Shown here: positions 52,201 to 64,000 of the stretch, one piece after another
Numbering within the stretch: the first letter of the stretch is position 1
Layout: every line of letters starts with the position of its first letter
Origin: Utricularia gibba
Lineage: Eukaryota > Plantae > Magnoliophyta
NCBI GenBank assembly: GCA_002189035.1
Contig: NEEC01000014.1
Span: 2,914,001 to 2,978,000 of the forward strand
Direction of reading: 5' to 3'
DNA: 64,000 bases
Position numbers and translations under genes: made by a program
Notes under the pieces: model-generated
Database searches by the model: none
What the model was told of the DNA's origin: nothing
Seen by the model: the letters and a program-made list of their open reading frames with translations, nothing else

Positions 52201-52934
52201 CGAAGCTCCTTGCCGTGGCGATAAATCTTCCGATCAAAGGATTGAAGAAGCCAACAGTGAACTTCATGGTGCGATCTTCTATTTCAAATATCGCATCCTG
52301 TTCATTCATGTTCAATAATCAAGTGGTTGTTTGACTTTCTTCATCCTTCTTCCTAGAGCTGCGAAAGCAACCACAGCCGCGTGAAAAGGAGCATGATGCA
52401 AATGCTAACGTTACTCCTCGGACCGATCAAGAGACTCCCAGCTCAGTTTCTGAAAACTTCACTAGCCTAGCAACAGAATGCTGGCAAAATGCCTATGTTG
52501 TCGACTTGCTGATCCGATCCCTTCCCGAAGACTCCGACTTCGGAACCAACTGGGACTACCCGTTAGACCCAAAGCTTTTCGAAGATCTCGAAAAGAAGTA
52601 TAACAATGGAGTGACGGGATCAAAGTCAGAAAGGAGGCTGCTTTTTGACAGATTGAACTCAGTTCTGTTGGAGATTTTGGAGGAGCACGTCGACTCCTTC
52701 TCCTGGGTGATGCCGAAACTCGGAGGATTGTTTTCGAAATGGGAGAAAGAAGCAGTTGGTGATGCCATCGGCAGATTGATGAATGAAGATTTCTCGCAGT
52801 GGGATGAATCAGAAAGAGGCCTGGACAAGAAGATGCAGTGGTCGGATGCCAGGGGAGAAATCAACCTTGTGGGCGTTGAAATGGAGAGTTTGTTGATAGA
52901 TGAGATTATATGGGAGTGCTGTTTGGTTTGCTAG
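49278..52934 (+). CDS. TONNEAU1-recruiting-motif (TRM)-family protein with VARLMGL and DUF4378 domains (~899 aa)
   Basis: Exons 49278-49326, 49553-49584, 50145-52028, 52112-52268 and 52357-52934 join in frame (2700 nt). Motifs PSVIARLMG, PLGISSRDGW, SPISVLE and ERRLLFDRLN...EMESLLIDEII. The two small 5' exons are less certain. Confidence 0.9.
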
Positions 52935-53129
52935 TAACTGCTTCAGATGTGGGTCAATCAGTGTTACTGTATTTAAGTATGGGCCACAGTAAATGAATAT
53001 GCCCCTTTATTGGGGACGCGTGGTCCGGGTCCTATGAAGGTCAGGCTTAAGCCAAGCCGCCCAGGTCTGCCCGGCTCTCGGAAACATCAAGAAGCGTGTG
53101 TCCGCCCCGCCGCCGTCTTTATGTTTGGT

Positions 53130-53284
53130 TTACTGCCACAGTTCCGCATTCTTCACCATGGAAATCCTCGACACGACCTCCTCCGGCGTTAAGCTTCTCC
53201 TGACGGTCACGACAACCTTCTTCGTTGTGAAATCAATGTCAAATGACGTCACCTCTAGTCGAAAAGACACAACCTCATGGTTAG

Positions 53285-53320
<36 letters not shown>

Positions 53321-54046
53321 AGACAACACAAACTCTGCCGTGGGTTATTCGCTATGCTGCATCACCCTTATCTTTTGTTAGTTTCTCATTAAGAAAATGA
53401 AATAAAATTGCAATAAAATGTTTGATACCGACCTTTCATCTTTGAGATGTGCTTCCTGACTTGCTTCTCACATCCCTTGCAGTGTAATGATACTCTCAGA
53501 ACAACCACCTATGTGCACAAATTCCTTAGGTTAGCAGAGCGTATTGCCAATACAGTCCCTGAATTTTAGTCAACTGAAATTGTGCTACTCATTCGGAACC
53601 TGATGATGATCATCGGAGGAGGATTCCGCCGCTTTCTCATCGGAGAACAGTTCCTCCGGCACACTGGAATCGGAAGTCGTCCTGGCCAAAACCTTCTCAT
53701 CTAACAAATACCTCATGGAGCCAGGTGGACTCGAAAAGCCTCCCGATCTGATGCAGCTCAATCTCTTCCTCCATCCAAGATTAGATGTTTTTTCCCGGCA
53801 AGCTGTTTCATTTATTCTCCTTATTGTCCTCTCGTCGCCGGAGACAACTTCGGGATCGTTGTTCTTCGGTTCCGGGAACTCTTCCATATCTTTATGGTGA
53901 TGTGGAGATGATTTTTTTGGATCGGGAAGGAGGCCGATGGCGGCTCTGGTGGCGTCTCTGATTATCGGATTGCAGCGGTCGATGGCGGGGCCAAGGCTGA
54001 GCCCAGCGGCGGAGGAAGAAGGGGAGGAGGAGTTGAAGCCTTCCAT
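53130..54046 (-). CDS. Heavy-metal-associated (HMA) domain protein, NaKR (SODIUM POTASSIUM ROOT DEFECTIVE)-like (~215 aa)
   Basis: Exons 54046-53600, 53508-53433 and 53254-53130, GT-AG and in frame. VVVLRVSLHCKGCEKQVRKHISKM, VTSFDIDFTTKKV, VKNAELW; N-terminal SPPGSMRYLL. Confidence 0.92.
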
Positions 54047-55601
54047 GTTAACCGAAAAAAAAAAAAAAAAAACTTTAAGATTGTGATTTGGGGGAATTGC
54101 AAAATGGACATGCGGTTCTCTTTAAGTAAGCCCCTCAAATTTCACGAGCTACTGAAAAACGTTTTGAAATTTAAAATATCATTTTGTATATTTGTCTTCT
54201 TTTTTTCAATAAAAATACAAGACTTTTGATTCTGAATTTAGATGTCCATAGAGGTCAAGGTATCAATGTACCAATTACCTCATTACACAATAAATAAAAT
54301 GGCAGTTGAATTTGTTTAGTCGGTTACGAATCCAAAAATCAACGCGCAAATGCTTTACCACAACTTAGCACCTACCTCCATTTGTTTATACCTTGTATTT
54401 GGTAGGCTATAATTGTAGGCATTTAAGAAATTATAAATGAAATATCGTTTTTGGTATATGAATTAGAATTTGAAAATTATTTTTAATTTGAATTATTAAT
54501 ATGGGATTTGGTGATCCCACGCTCCTTCAAAATATCATGAAAAATAATGTGTGTTCCCCATATTTAGTGAACTACTAAAGTTTCATCTCCATTAAATAAT
54601 TTTCAATCAAATATATTATTTAAAAATAAAATTCTATTAATTTCATCCTGTTTTTTGTTTAGAACCAAACCAACCCTTTATCATCAATCCGAATAATTAC
54701 ATTTATTGTTAATTCTGCAACAATATATAAACTGTCAAAATATAAATAAAAATGATCTCGAATTAGAATTCATTCTTTGAGTTTTTTTAAAAAAACAAAA
54801 ATAGATATGGAATAATATAAAATAGTGATTTTGAATCAATGTTTTGTAAATACAAAAACTAATCCATATGTATGTGTATAAATTTCAAGAACTGGCTTGA
54901 TTATACAAGTTTTGAATGCATTATCCCAAAGTAATGTAACTCAATAATTATTATATCACCGCTTATTGCTTAATAGAATTATAAAATCAATCATATATTA
55001 AAATTATTTTAACTTCTATGAGAACTATGTTCATCCTAAATGTGATTCAACAATAATATGCAATTGAATCTTTCTTTTTAGAAACTTGAGATCAATTTTA
55101 AATTCCTTCACATGCATTACAAGAAAAACAGTGTGTAAAACAAAACAAAAATTAAATGTAAAAAAACATAAACATCAATATATGTAGGAATTTGCAAAAG
55201 TATAACTTTCTCATATATCTTTAGCAAGCAAGTGCTCAAGTATACATAATCAAATCTAAAACACATAAAAACATGAAAGGTAAATAAAATAGTAAAATGG
55301 AATACTTCAAAAATGTTAAAACGACTTTAAGATTTTGAAGTCTTCTAAAACTTATTGGTAATATATTTTTAAAGATTGAGCTTTCTTGATAGATTGATAT
55401 CAAATATTTTATCTAAATATTTAAAGATTTTTCTTCAAATATTCATAATTGTTTAGGATTTTAAATAAAATATTCATTTTTATCTTCTTTTGAACTTAAC
55501 TTGATCCACCTTTGTGTTCATCTAGTTTGAGATATAATTTTTCTCTATTTTTATGTTTTGTACCAATTCAATGTTTTTGAAGTAAAAGTATATTTAATGA
55601 T

Positions 55602-55900
55602 TTTTTAACACATTTAAATCACTATATATTCACTTCTGCAAACATATATTGTTGTGTTTAAGTAATGTTAAAGAATGTAACTGCATCAGCGTGATTATGA
55701 AATACCAATAAAAACAATGTAAATTCATTAAAAAAACAATAATTTAAGTGACACCCTCCCTAGGTTCCACTTTGTTTATTAATTTATTATTAGGATATTT
55801 TAACATATATTGAAATCACTATATATTCACTCCTGCAAAAATATATTGTTGAGTTTAGTAATGCTAAAAAATGTCACTGCATCAGCGTGATTATGAATAT
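55602..55900. repeat. ~105 bp direct repeat pair (55602-55705 and 55797-55900)
   Basis: Both copies contain aaatcactatatattcac..ctgcaaa.atatattgttg...actgcatcagcgtgattatgaa. Confidence 0.8.
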
Positions 55901-56407
55901 GTTAAGGTTGTTTTCTTAATTCTCAAAAGGAAACACCATTTTTAGAGTTTCATGTGTAGCCTGTTGAACTTGATAAAACAATTCTTTTCTCAATCCAGCG
56001 GCCGCTGCAAGTGCAGAGTACAGACACACGCCAGTTGGGACTGGGCCACAGCGTGGGCCTACCGCCGGAAACGGGCTTTAAATACTGGGCCTTTTTAACC
56101 TACCCGAGCGGCGCTTCAATGGGGCCTTCCTCACAATAACGAGGTTGAGTTTTTAGTTAAACAGGTTTCCATTTGGCTGAAGTTTTTGGTAGTGTGACAA
56201 CTTTAACTTAATTCAAAAAAATAAAAGAGAGAATTGTCAATCGAAATTTGAGATTTTTTGAAAGATTTATAATTAATGTTTATTAATGTTATATTTTTCT
56301 TAAAAAAAAAAACATAAACATGGTGTTGGTTGTAATGCGTTTATTGGTTTACACATCGAATCACAAACTGATGACTATAATACGATATGATATTGATACT
56401 GCACAAT

Positions 56408-57865
56408 TCAAGAGGGTGCATCGGCAGGGCGAGGTATGGATTGCCATCCGGTGGCATGCTGGAGGAAGCATCTGAGCTCCTCCGTTGGAGGTTCGACTGT
56501 GCAGTTTTGATAGTGTTTCCAGGGATAAAACACGCAGGATTCGTGTGGGGGACTCAAACCTGGCTCCGTTTCTCCTATGAATAAGTCGCCTTCGGATTTT
56601 ATGTATCCGCTGCATTCCTTGGACTTGTCTGCAGCCTATAAAACAGCTTCCAAATGGTAGAAATGAGAGAATGTAGTGTAGATTGTCAAGAACCTGAGCC
56701 TCTGAGCACAATTTTTCAAGTCCCGCAAAGCGGAAACTGATTTTTTTTTCTTCCTGAAGTAGAGCACAAGATCCTTGTGGAAGAGTAAAGCCAACAGCCA
56801 CCCAACTCAGTGGATACTCACTAGTGACCTCTGCGTTCAAATTTAGGGATAGGATTATTGTGTGAAAGTTTTACCTTTTCTGTGTTGTAGTTGAAGGTGA
56901 TCTTCTTCTCTCCAGCTTCATATATGTTGCTCTGAGAGTATATCTGCATAGATGAGACATTTGTTAATGAAGCAAGGGGCGTACTGAATGAACATCTTAA
57001 TCATATAAAGGATCTTAACCTTGGATTCCACACTTGCACAAACGCCATATACTCCCCAATTTCTGGTGTAATTGTTATACAGATGAACTGTTCCGAATCT
57101 CACGCGTGGATGCCTCTGTCGTGTTCCGTCGAAGAAGCAATGGTGAATCGTCACCCTCATGCATCTGTCACCAATGTGTGACGCATCACCTCCAATAAGA
57201 ATCGCCTTGTTGTGGTTTGAGAATCGGCAACTAAGAGGTAAGGCAAATACATCAACAAGAAGGAAGAAGGAATGATGATTATGATAACGATCATTGAAAG
57301 TAGAGAAGCTATGGCTGACCGAGAAATGGTAATATCTGTACTTTCACGGGTGATATCAATAAGCCCATCTGAGTAATCGCTGAAGCTACAACGATCGATC
57401 CAAATGTGCTTTGACATTGGTTTTATCTGAATCGCATCAGCATCAGGCCCTTCCCCAGCTTCAAAGATGAGATTGCAAAGGATCACATGTTCACATTCCT
57501 TCAACCTCAGACCTTTCTTGCTGATTTTGATCTTTTGTCCACGACCATCAATAGTTTTATGAGATGATACAGTGAGTTGAGATGAAAGCTTTATGGTTCC
57601 AGAAACATCAAATATGATCCACAGGGGTTCCTTCAATCGGCAGCCGTAACGGAGAGAACCCGGGCCATCATCTAGAAACCAAGTCTAGGATAAGAATACA
57701 AACCATCAAAGTGAGTTGTAGTAGTTTTCGCTTTACCGTTCAAGGTGGTGACAGTGAAAACAGCACCGTGTAGCCCCCGACAGCCGAATGACCGAATCCC
57801 TCTGCTCTCCCAGCCAGAGCCCTCAAGCGCTCATCCACTCGGTGATAAGGCAAGCGCAGTGCCAT
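56408..57865 (-). CDS. Pectate lyase-like protein (5 exons; apparent 1-nt frameshift in exon 1)
   Basis: Exons 57865-57737, 57671-57320, 57230-57020, 56943-56875 and 56635-56408. Motifs LAGRAEGFG, EPLWIIF, KTIDGRG, DAIQIK, HIWIDRCS, DGLIDI, RQRHPRVRFG and HLYNN. Confidence 0.93.
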
Positions 57866-58439
57866 GCTCAGATTCTCGAATGAGTCGATGTATCCACATT
57901 GGGGGGATTTTATCCTCGCAGCGCTTAGATAAAACGCCTATGGGGTATTTCGTCGAATAAATGTTGTGTGAACTGGAGAAACACATAACTGACGATGATG
58001 CATAACTGAAATGTTGGTTCTTTCCTTCATTCAAAGTGAGAGTAACAGCTATTTGGATTGGGTAATTGCTTCCGATTGGGCCCCATCACAGTCAAGCTTG
58101 CACTTAATATTTGTTTAGGGTTGGAGACTTTGTTTGTTGAATGATTATATATAGTTATTTTAAAATTTGATGGAGTAAAAAATTAGAAATATTTAAATTT
58201 AAGATAAATTATATTTTTCATTGATTATAATTATTATGAGACTAATGAAATTTTCATGGTGCATAGAAAGACTTGGGTGTGAGTAATGCCCAAACGAGAA
58301 AGCCTTTGAGAGGGAAGTGCCTCGGAAGATGATGTGCAAATGGGAATATTTAAACTAATAAGACACATGCACTGAATACTTGGGAAGAGAAACTACTAAG
58401 GGAAAAGTCTGGGTGGAGATGTGGTTGAATAACATTTTA

Positions 58440-61019
58440 TGTAAGAAGATTGATAGAAACGTATGTAATTCTTCCATGTTTCTTATTAGTCACAAGAGGC
58501 TATTTATACATTGAAAACAAATAAATCCACCATTTTAAACCTAAACTACATAAATAAATAGTGGTATAATACAAAAGTTTGTCAATAAAAATAAAATATT
58601 TAATTCCTTTATGTCTTTTCCAGTAGTAACTCAATTACTTTCTCAAACACACCCCCTCAGTTGGGATTGAGATGGAGATGATAATCTCATTTTATGTAAA
58701 CACAATTGGAAAGTTGGATATGGCAATGCTTTTGTGAATGAATCAGTTGGTTGTTTTGTAGATCCTATGTGATGAAGTTCAATGAAACCATATGTAATTC
58801 CGAGTAATATGACATTCTACTTCAATATGTTTCATACATTCATGAAAGATGGGATTTTGAGCAATGTGAATTGCAAGTTGACTCTCACATGCCATCTGGA
58901 TTGTAAATGTGATGGAACTTGCAAATGAGTAAGGAGATATAAGAGCTATTTTAATTTGCAGATTAACATCCCAAAGCTACTATATTCAGCTTTGGCTGAA
59001 GATACAATCAATTGCTTCTTAGTCTTGTATGAAATCAATGATGTTCCAAATAAGACACAATTGTTAGATAAAAACCTCTAGTATCGGGACAAGTTGCCCA
59101 AGCAATATCTCCAAAATCTTTGATTTGACAATCAAATTCTAATGGAAATTAGAGACCCTTCATTTTTGTTCTCGTAAAATATTCAACATGCTTTACAGTC
59201 ACTCAATAAGTAAAGGGGAATCCAAATGTTGACTTAGTTGTTGAGTAGCATGGATAATGTACAGCTATGTAAAACCAAGATATAAAAGACATCCTACTAG
59301 TTGTTGACACTTACTAGGATCATCTAAAAGTGGATCTTCAGTTATAGATGATGCTAGTTTCAAACTTGGTGGAAAAGGAGTGGTTACTTGTTTTCTAGTG
59401 TATAGATTGAGATCTTGAATGACATTTTTGATATATTTTTGTTGGCTATAGAAAATTCTTATGGGGGAATGAATTAACTCAATACCAATATAGTAGGTGG
59501 ATTTGGGGGAAAGCATTGACCACATCAAGTTCTTGCATGCAAGATCCAACTAAAAGAATATCATCTACATAAAACAAGGTGTTACAAAGAAGTCTTGTGC
59601 CTTTAGTGAATGAGAAGTGATCAAACTCAGATCGTTTGAATAACAGGGAATTAGGAATTGAATAGAGGGATCACAGAATTGAGCATTGAGAAGATAGAGG
59701 CTATTCCAAACTAGTGCAATAACTAATATCTTTGAGTTACTATGATCTTGGAAAATGCAATGAATATTTGAAAAATAGCAAAAAATTTGAGCAGTTGCTA
59801 CAAGCATTTGGAATAATAAAAGATTAAACTTTAGATAAGTGCAAACAGGATATTACTAAGAACAAAATTTGAGGACAAGATGATAATGGCTGTGTTGGAT
59901 TGAAAAATAGCACCCTTAGCAAGAGAAATGGGATGAGGAGTAGGTAAGGTCCAGACATTTTTTAAGAGTTTTGTTTGCATGCATATATGTCTAGTAGCAC
60001 CTGAATCCACAATCCAAGTACCAAAAATATCATCTAAAGTAAGTGAAGAAATCATATTAGCAAAATCAATTATATTGAGATTTACTATAGAGTTGTTTCA
60101 ATTTCTCTTGTAAAGTTTGAAAAATATGAGAAAAATAACACTTTTGAACTATTTGATGGAGCAGTTTTAGATGTCATAGTATATGCTAAATTAATAGAGG
60201 TCTTGAAAGGAGATTTTTCTTCGAAAGCTAGGAACTCCTTATACTAATAGGATATGGGTATTCCATGAATTTAGAAATATATGTCTATAGTGTGACTAAG
60301 TTTACAACATTTTTTACACTATAGATCCCCTTATTTTAATTCTTTTTCTATCTTTCCTTTATTATCATACTTAATGTCCTTTGTACATGAGTTAATGACA
60401 GCTAACCCAATACCTTGCACTTTCAATATAAGTTACTTGCACTTTTCTTTATTGCTCCAATCTACTTATCATAGGATAGACTTTGTTAAGAGAAGGAAGA
60501 GATTCCATGAACAAGATATGATTTCTTATAGCATCATATATGTTATTAAATCCATTTAGTAAACTCTTCCCTTTCCCTAAGCTACTTTTTAAGTTCACAC
60601 TTGCAAAGAGTAGCAATGTTGCATTTGCAGGTGGCTAGTGGAGAGAGACGTTCTATCCTCCCATAGTTGACATAGTTTGCTACAGTGTGCGGAAACAGTT
60701 AAATCATTCAAAACCAAAGTGCAAACATCTCATCAAAGTTAATAAAACAGAGTCCCATTAACCTCACTAAACCCTTCTTCCAAATCTTTTCATAAATGAA
60801 GGGCATGTGAAATATAAAGAAAGGTTTAATCTAATATTGGGCATGATAGAGTTCAACAACCATGCGCATACATTGCAATCAATACAACTTCCCAAAGCAT
60901 ACAACTCATCTTAGACATTAAGCCTTTTGATTTCCTTAATACCAAACCTTAGCTTCATGTGAGTCTATAAAGCCATTTTCATAGATTGTATCCAAATATG
61001 ATACTTTATCACATTCCAC
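58440..61019 (-). mobile_element. Decayed, internally deleted Ty1/Copia element with 3' LTR
   Basis: Gag traces (YHIWIQSMKMAL..KLRF; CNVCAWLLNS) at 60.8-61.0 kb; protease WIVDSGATRHIC; RT YIGIE..FYSQQKY..LVGCLLYL; RNase [14 protein letters not shown]; PPT gagggggtg followed by LTR 58649-58440 (tgtttgag...cttaca, TATAAATA). Confidence 0.85.
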
Positions 61020-61590
61020 TATTGGGTTTCTTGTAGACATCGTATGTCATAAAAGCAGCGGAATTTTAAAAATTTTGAGAAACCCCAAACGCAGATCTTG
61101 GAATATTGTATACATCAGACAAAGGGATGCTAAAAATACCTTTCAGATGACTTTGTTGTTCACCAACCGCCAATAGCAGACGGCCTCTATGGTATCCACA
61201 CGTGGAGCACTCCGTCGATAACCTTCTCAAGGCTGTTGAATGCTGGTCGAATTCCTCAGGTGCTAGTCGAGAAAAACGCCCCCTTGTGGATCAATCTTAG
61301 AGAGCACCAAGACCTCAAAGCTTATCTGTAGATCTTAATCTTTTGATAGATATTTGGTGACATATCAAATGAAATCTCCACAAAGATCTCATCTTGTGGA
61401 GATATGTATATGTTCTAAATCTTATCTATACAAGATCTTTTATTTTGAGGTTAATCAATATTAATCTCAAAATAACTCTGTATTTAATTTATCCACTTTA
61501 CCAATTACATCTCATGTAATTGTGTCATTCTATTTTATATCGATGAGTGACTCCACTATTGTGTATGACCCTATAGGCTTCTTCAATCAA
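61020..61590 (-). mobile_element. Truncated Angela-like LTR fragment
   Basis: Homologous to 36754-37263. Confidence 0.85.
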
Positions 61591-61606
61591 AGTCTATCAT
61601 TATCGC

Positions 61607-63019
61607 TAATAAAACGGAAATTTTAGCATGTCGTTGCAATAAAACCAAATTTCCGTATCAAATAAATTTATAGTCCCTAATCCTCAAAAAATACAAATTT
61701 AGAAAACTTGTATAGTGGATTTCAGGGTTGATCACAATGAGCTTGTGCTTGTTAGGTGTTTCAGCAGATGCAAAATTCGGAATAACAGTAGATCTTAATC
61801 TAAGCTCGGGCTAGCAGTGGCAAGTAAGTTCAGTAAACGAAATTAGGTTTAAATGTGAAAGGTAAAAAGTACTAGTTCTAACTCGGAATAATACGAAAAT
61901 GCCTTAAAAGTCTGCAGGTGGTGTGGTGCTAAAATGTCTAACTTAAATTAGCATGTCCCTACACTCACAACTTCAAATAACCTAAGTCTATCAAGGTCAT
62001 TTGTAATATTTTCGGCTAAGCTAGTCTCCAATATTATCACCAACATTGCAATTAGGTCTACCCACATGCAAAGTATATAGAACTAGGTCTACCCAGTCTA
62101 CTGGTTCTACCCCGGACTAACACCTACTACGCATGCCTTGATTTGTTGGTCTACCTCTAAACCAAGCTTCTTAGTCGTGAAGTTATTTGTTCCCCTCCTT
62201 AGGTCTACCCATGGAATGATAGAAACAAGAACTAAGAAACAATGATGAATTTTACTAAGAATCCTAGACCCACACCACCATGCTTCACCTTAAGACATCC
62301 CTAGGGTTCTAGCTACTTATACTTTGAAGGTTAAGCATGATAGCATTAACATAAAACAATGAAAATGTCAAGAACATTGTGAAAGAGTTGCGTGCAGAAA
62401 CTGAAAACATCAACAAACTAAAATAAAGCAGTAAGAGTTCAGTTTTCCGTTTGCTACTGTTCCCTGACCAGAACAGTAGCGCTGGACTGGGTTCTGATGC
62501 TGTTTTTGAGGGTGAAGTCCTTCTTCTCCCCTGGTTTGTGTTCTTTGTATTGGAGTTGGAGGTTGGGGGAGAAACCCCCTCGTCCCCCATTCAAGGTTGC
62601 TCGAGTTGGAGGGAAAACCTCCGTGTGTATTCTAAAAAACGCGTTGTCCCCTTACGATTCTCTCTCCTCTGCCTTTCTCTCACCTCCCACTGCCCAAGGC
62701 AAGTACATTCTCTAATAGTTCTGCTGCTCCTGCCCCTGACTTGCAGACTGCTGTCGAGACAGTGTATTCATTGCCTCATGCAATGCAGTAACTTACACGA
62801 AATCCTTTACTTTTCCATGATTTTCGGGTAGCTGCTGGACTCAATATTGGGTTAGAACATGGGTGGGTTAAATCAAGTGATTTAGCCCACTAAAACACCG
62901 AAAATCACATTTTCCAAAATTATATATAAAAATACTTAAAACTAGAAAATAAACAACTAAACATAATTAAAAACTCATGATTTTCATATCTAAAAAACAT
63001 GAAAATTTGTGTGCTATCA
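61607..63019 (-). mobile_element. Athila-like LTR (~1.4 kb), longer copy of the 4666-5442 family
   Basis: Both ends are reverse-complement matches to the 4.7-5.4 kb solo LTR; ends gtgctatca; no TSD found. Confidence 0.8.
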
Positions 63020-63955
63020 CCGACCTTTGTAATCATTTTGCTAAATGTGGAACATTGATAGATGTGTACGTGACCTCCAGACCTGGAAAGAACGGGAAAA
63101 GATTTGGGTTTCTATGCTTTAGACATCAAGGGAATGTCCAACATTTGGAAGTTGTGGTTCGTGATAAGGCAAGAACGGGAGAAAATCCATTGATAGTCTG
63201 ATGCTACTAGTATGACAATGATACTCAAATAATGATGCCACAAAGCTTCCAAGAGGAGGGAATTCTCAAAAAACCAAAACAATGATAGCTAAAAATCGAT
63301 CACGTTAGAACCCTTAGAAGAATCTCAAAATTGTACAGGTAGGTGTGTGATTCGAGATACTAAATGCTGTTGGGAGGTCTTCACTCTAAAAATCATGCTC
63401 AATGAAGCAAGATTTAGAGGGATAAAAATACTCAACCTTGAGGGTCCTCGGTTTCTATTGGAGTTAAAGAATTTTTCTAAGATGCAAGATGTGGTAGTAG
63501 GCAAGAATCCCTTGTTCAAAGAACACTTTCATTGGGTTCACAGTTCGGAGGTTTTTGACATGACTCGTAATCGATACACTTGGCAGCGTATCAAGGGAGT
63601 GCCTATAGAAGCTTGGACGTAGAATAATTTTCAAAGAATTGTGGTGGATGGGGTACTATTATGGCAGCAAGTGACACCATGATAAAGCGTAACCAGGTTG
63701 ATAGCGGATGGGTGTTGATTTGAACAAAATTAATGGGGGGCATAAGTAGATTTCGATGGATAGAATGGAAAGAAACAACTAGAAAAGTATGGGTTTCTGA
63801 AGCAAAAGGTTCAAATCGGTTTGATGAACTGATGGTCACAGGAAATTCCGTTGCTGAGTGGAGTATGGTTGGCGAATGTAGCTTTGATGGGACACTGATT
63901 ATGAAAACAATGGAGGAACAAAGAATGACTCAAATTATAAGGATCTTATTTTAAA
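63020..63955 (+). pseudogene. L1-type LINE ORF1 remnant (RRM + DUF4283-like)
   Basis: FAKCGTLIDVY..RPGKNGKRFGFLCF (RNP1-like); FLLEL; YTWQRIKGVPIEAW. Stops and frameshifts. Confidence 0.75.
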
Positions 63956-64000
63956 GTGAAGTAATTTGGAGATAAAGAGGAAATAACTTTTAACTCGAAG

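Noticed and set aside
53289-53319. 31-nt poly-A run as a retroposon tail
   Set aside because: It is the polypyrimidine tract of the NaKR-like intron on the minus strand; no TSD or SINE body was seen.
62977-63019. Start of ORF 62977-63201 as the LINE ORF1 N-terminus
   Set aside because: These bases are the end of the Athila-like LTR; LINE-like sequence begins at ~63020.

Overview
Plant (eudicot-like) nuclear DNA with spliced genes. About 44 kb is a stack of nested, mostly decayed transposons: PIF/Harbinger, several Mutator-like (MULE) elements, hAT, a Tat/Retand Gypsy, Athila-like and Angela-like LTRs, Copia remnants and an L1 LINE. Five host genes are supported: a TIC32-like short-chain dehydrogenase (15.9-18.1 kb, +), a RabE1 GTPase (45.5-47.2 kb, +), a TRM/VARLMGL-DUF4378 protein (49.3-52.9 kb, +), a NaKR-like HMA protein (53.1-54.0 kb, -) and a pectate lyase-like gene (56.4-57.9 kb, -). 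The most interesting structure is a ~8.75 kb MULE (6568-15322) with ~1.2 kb repeat-laden TIRs. It carries a MuDR transposase and a divergent, spliced second gene that fuses a Transposase_28-like domain to an FCP1/NIF (HAD) phosphatase-like domain. The same N-terminal domain occurs in the antisense ORF of an unrelated Tat retrotransposon in this window. All family assignments come from motif recognition by eye; no searches were run.
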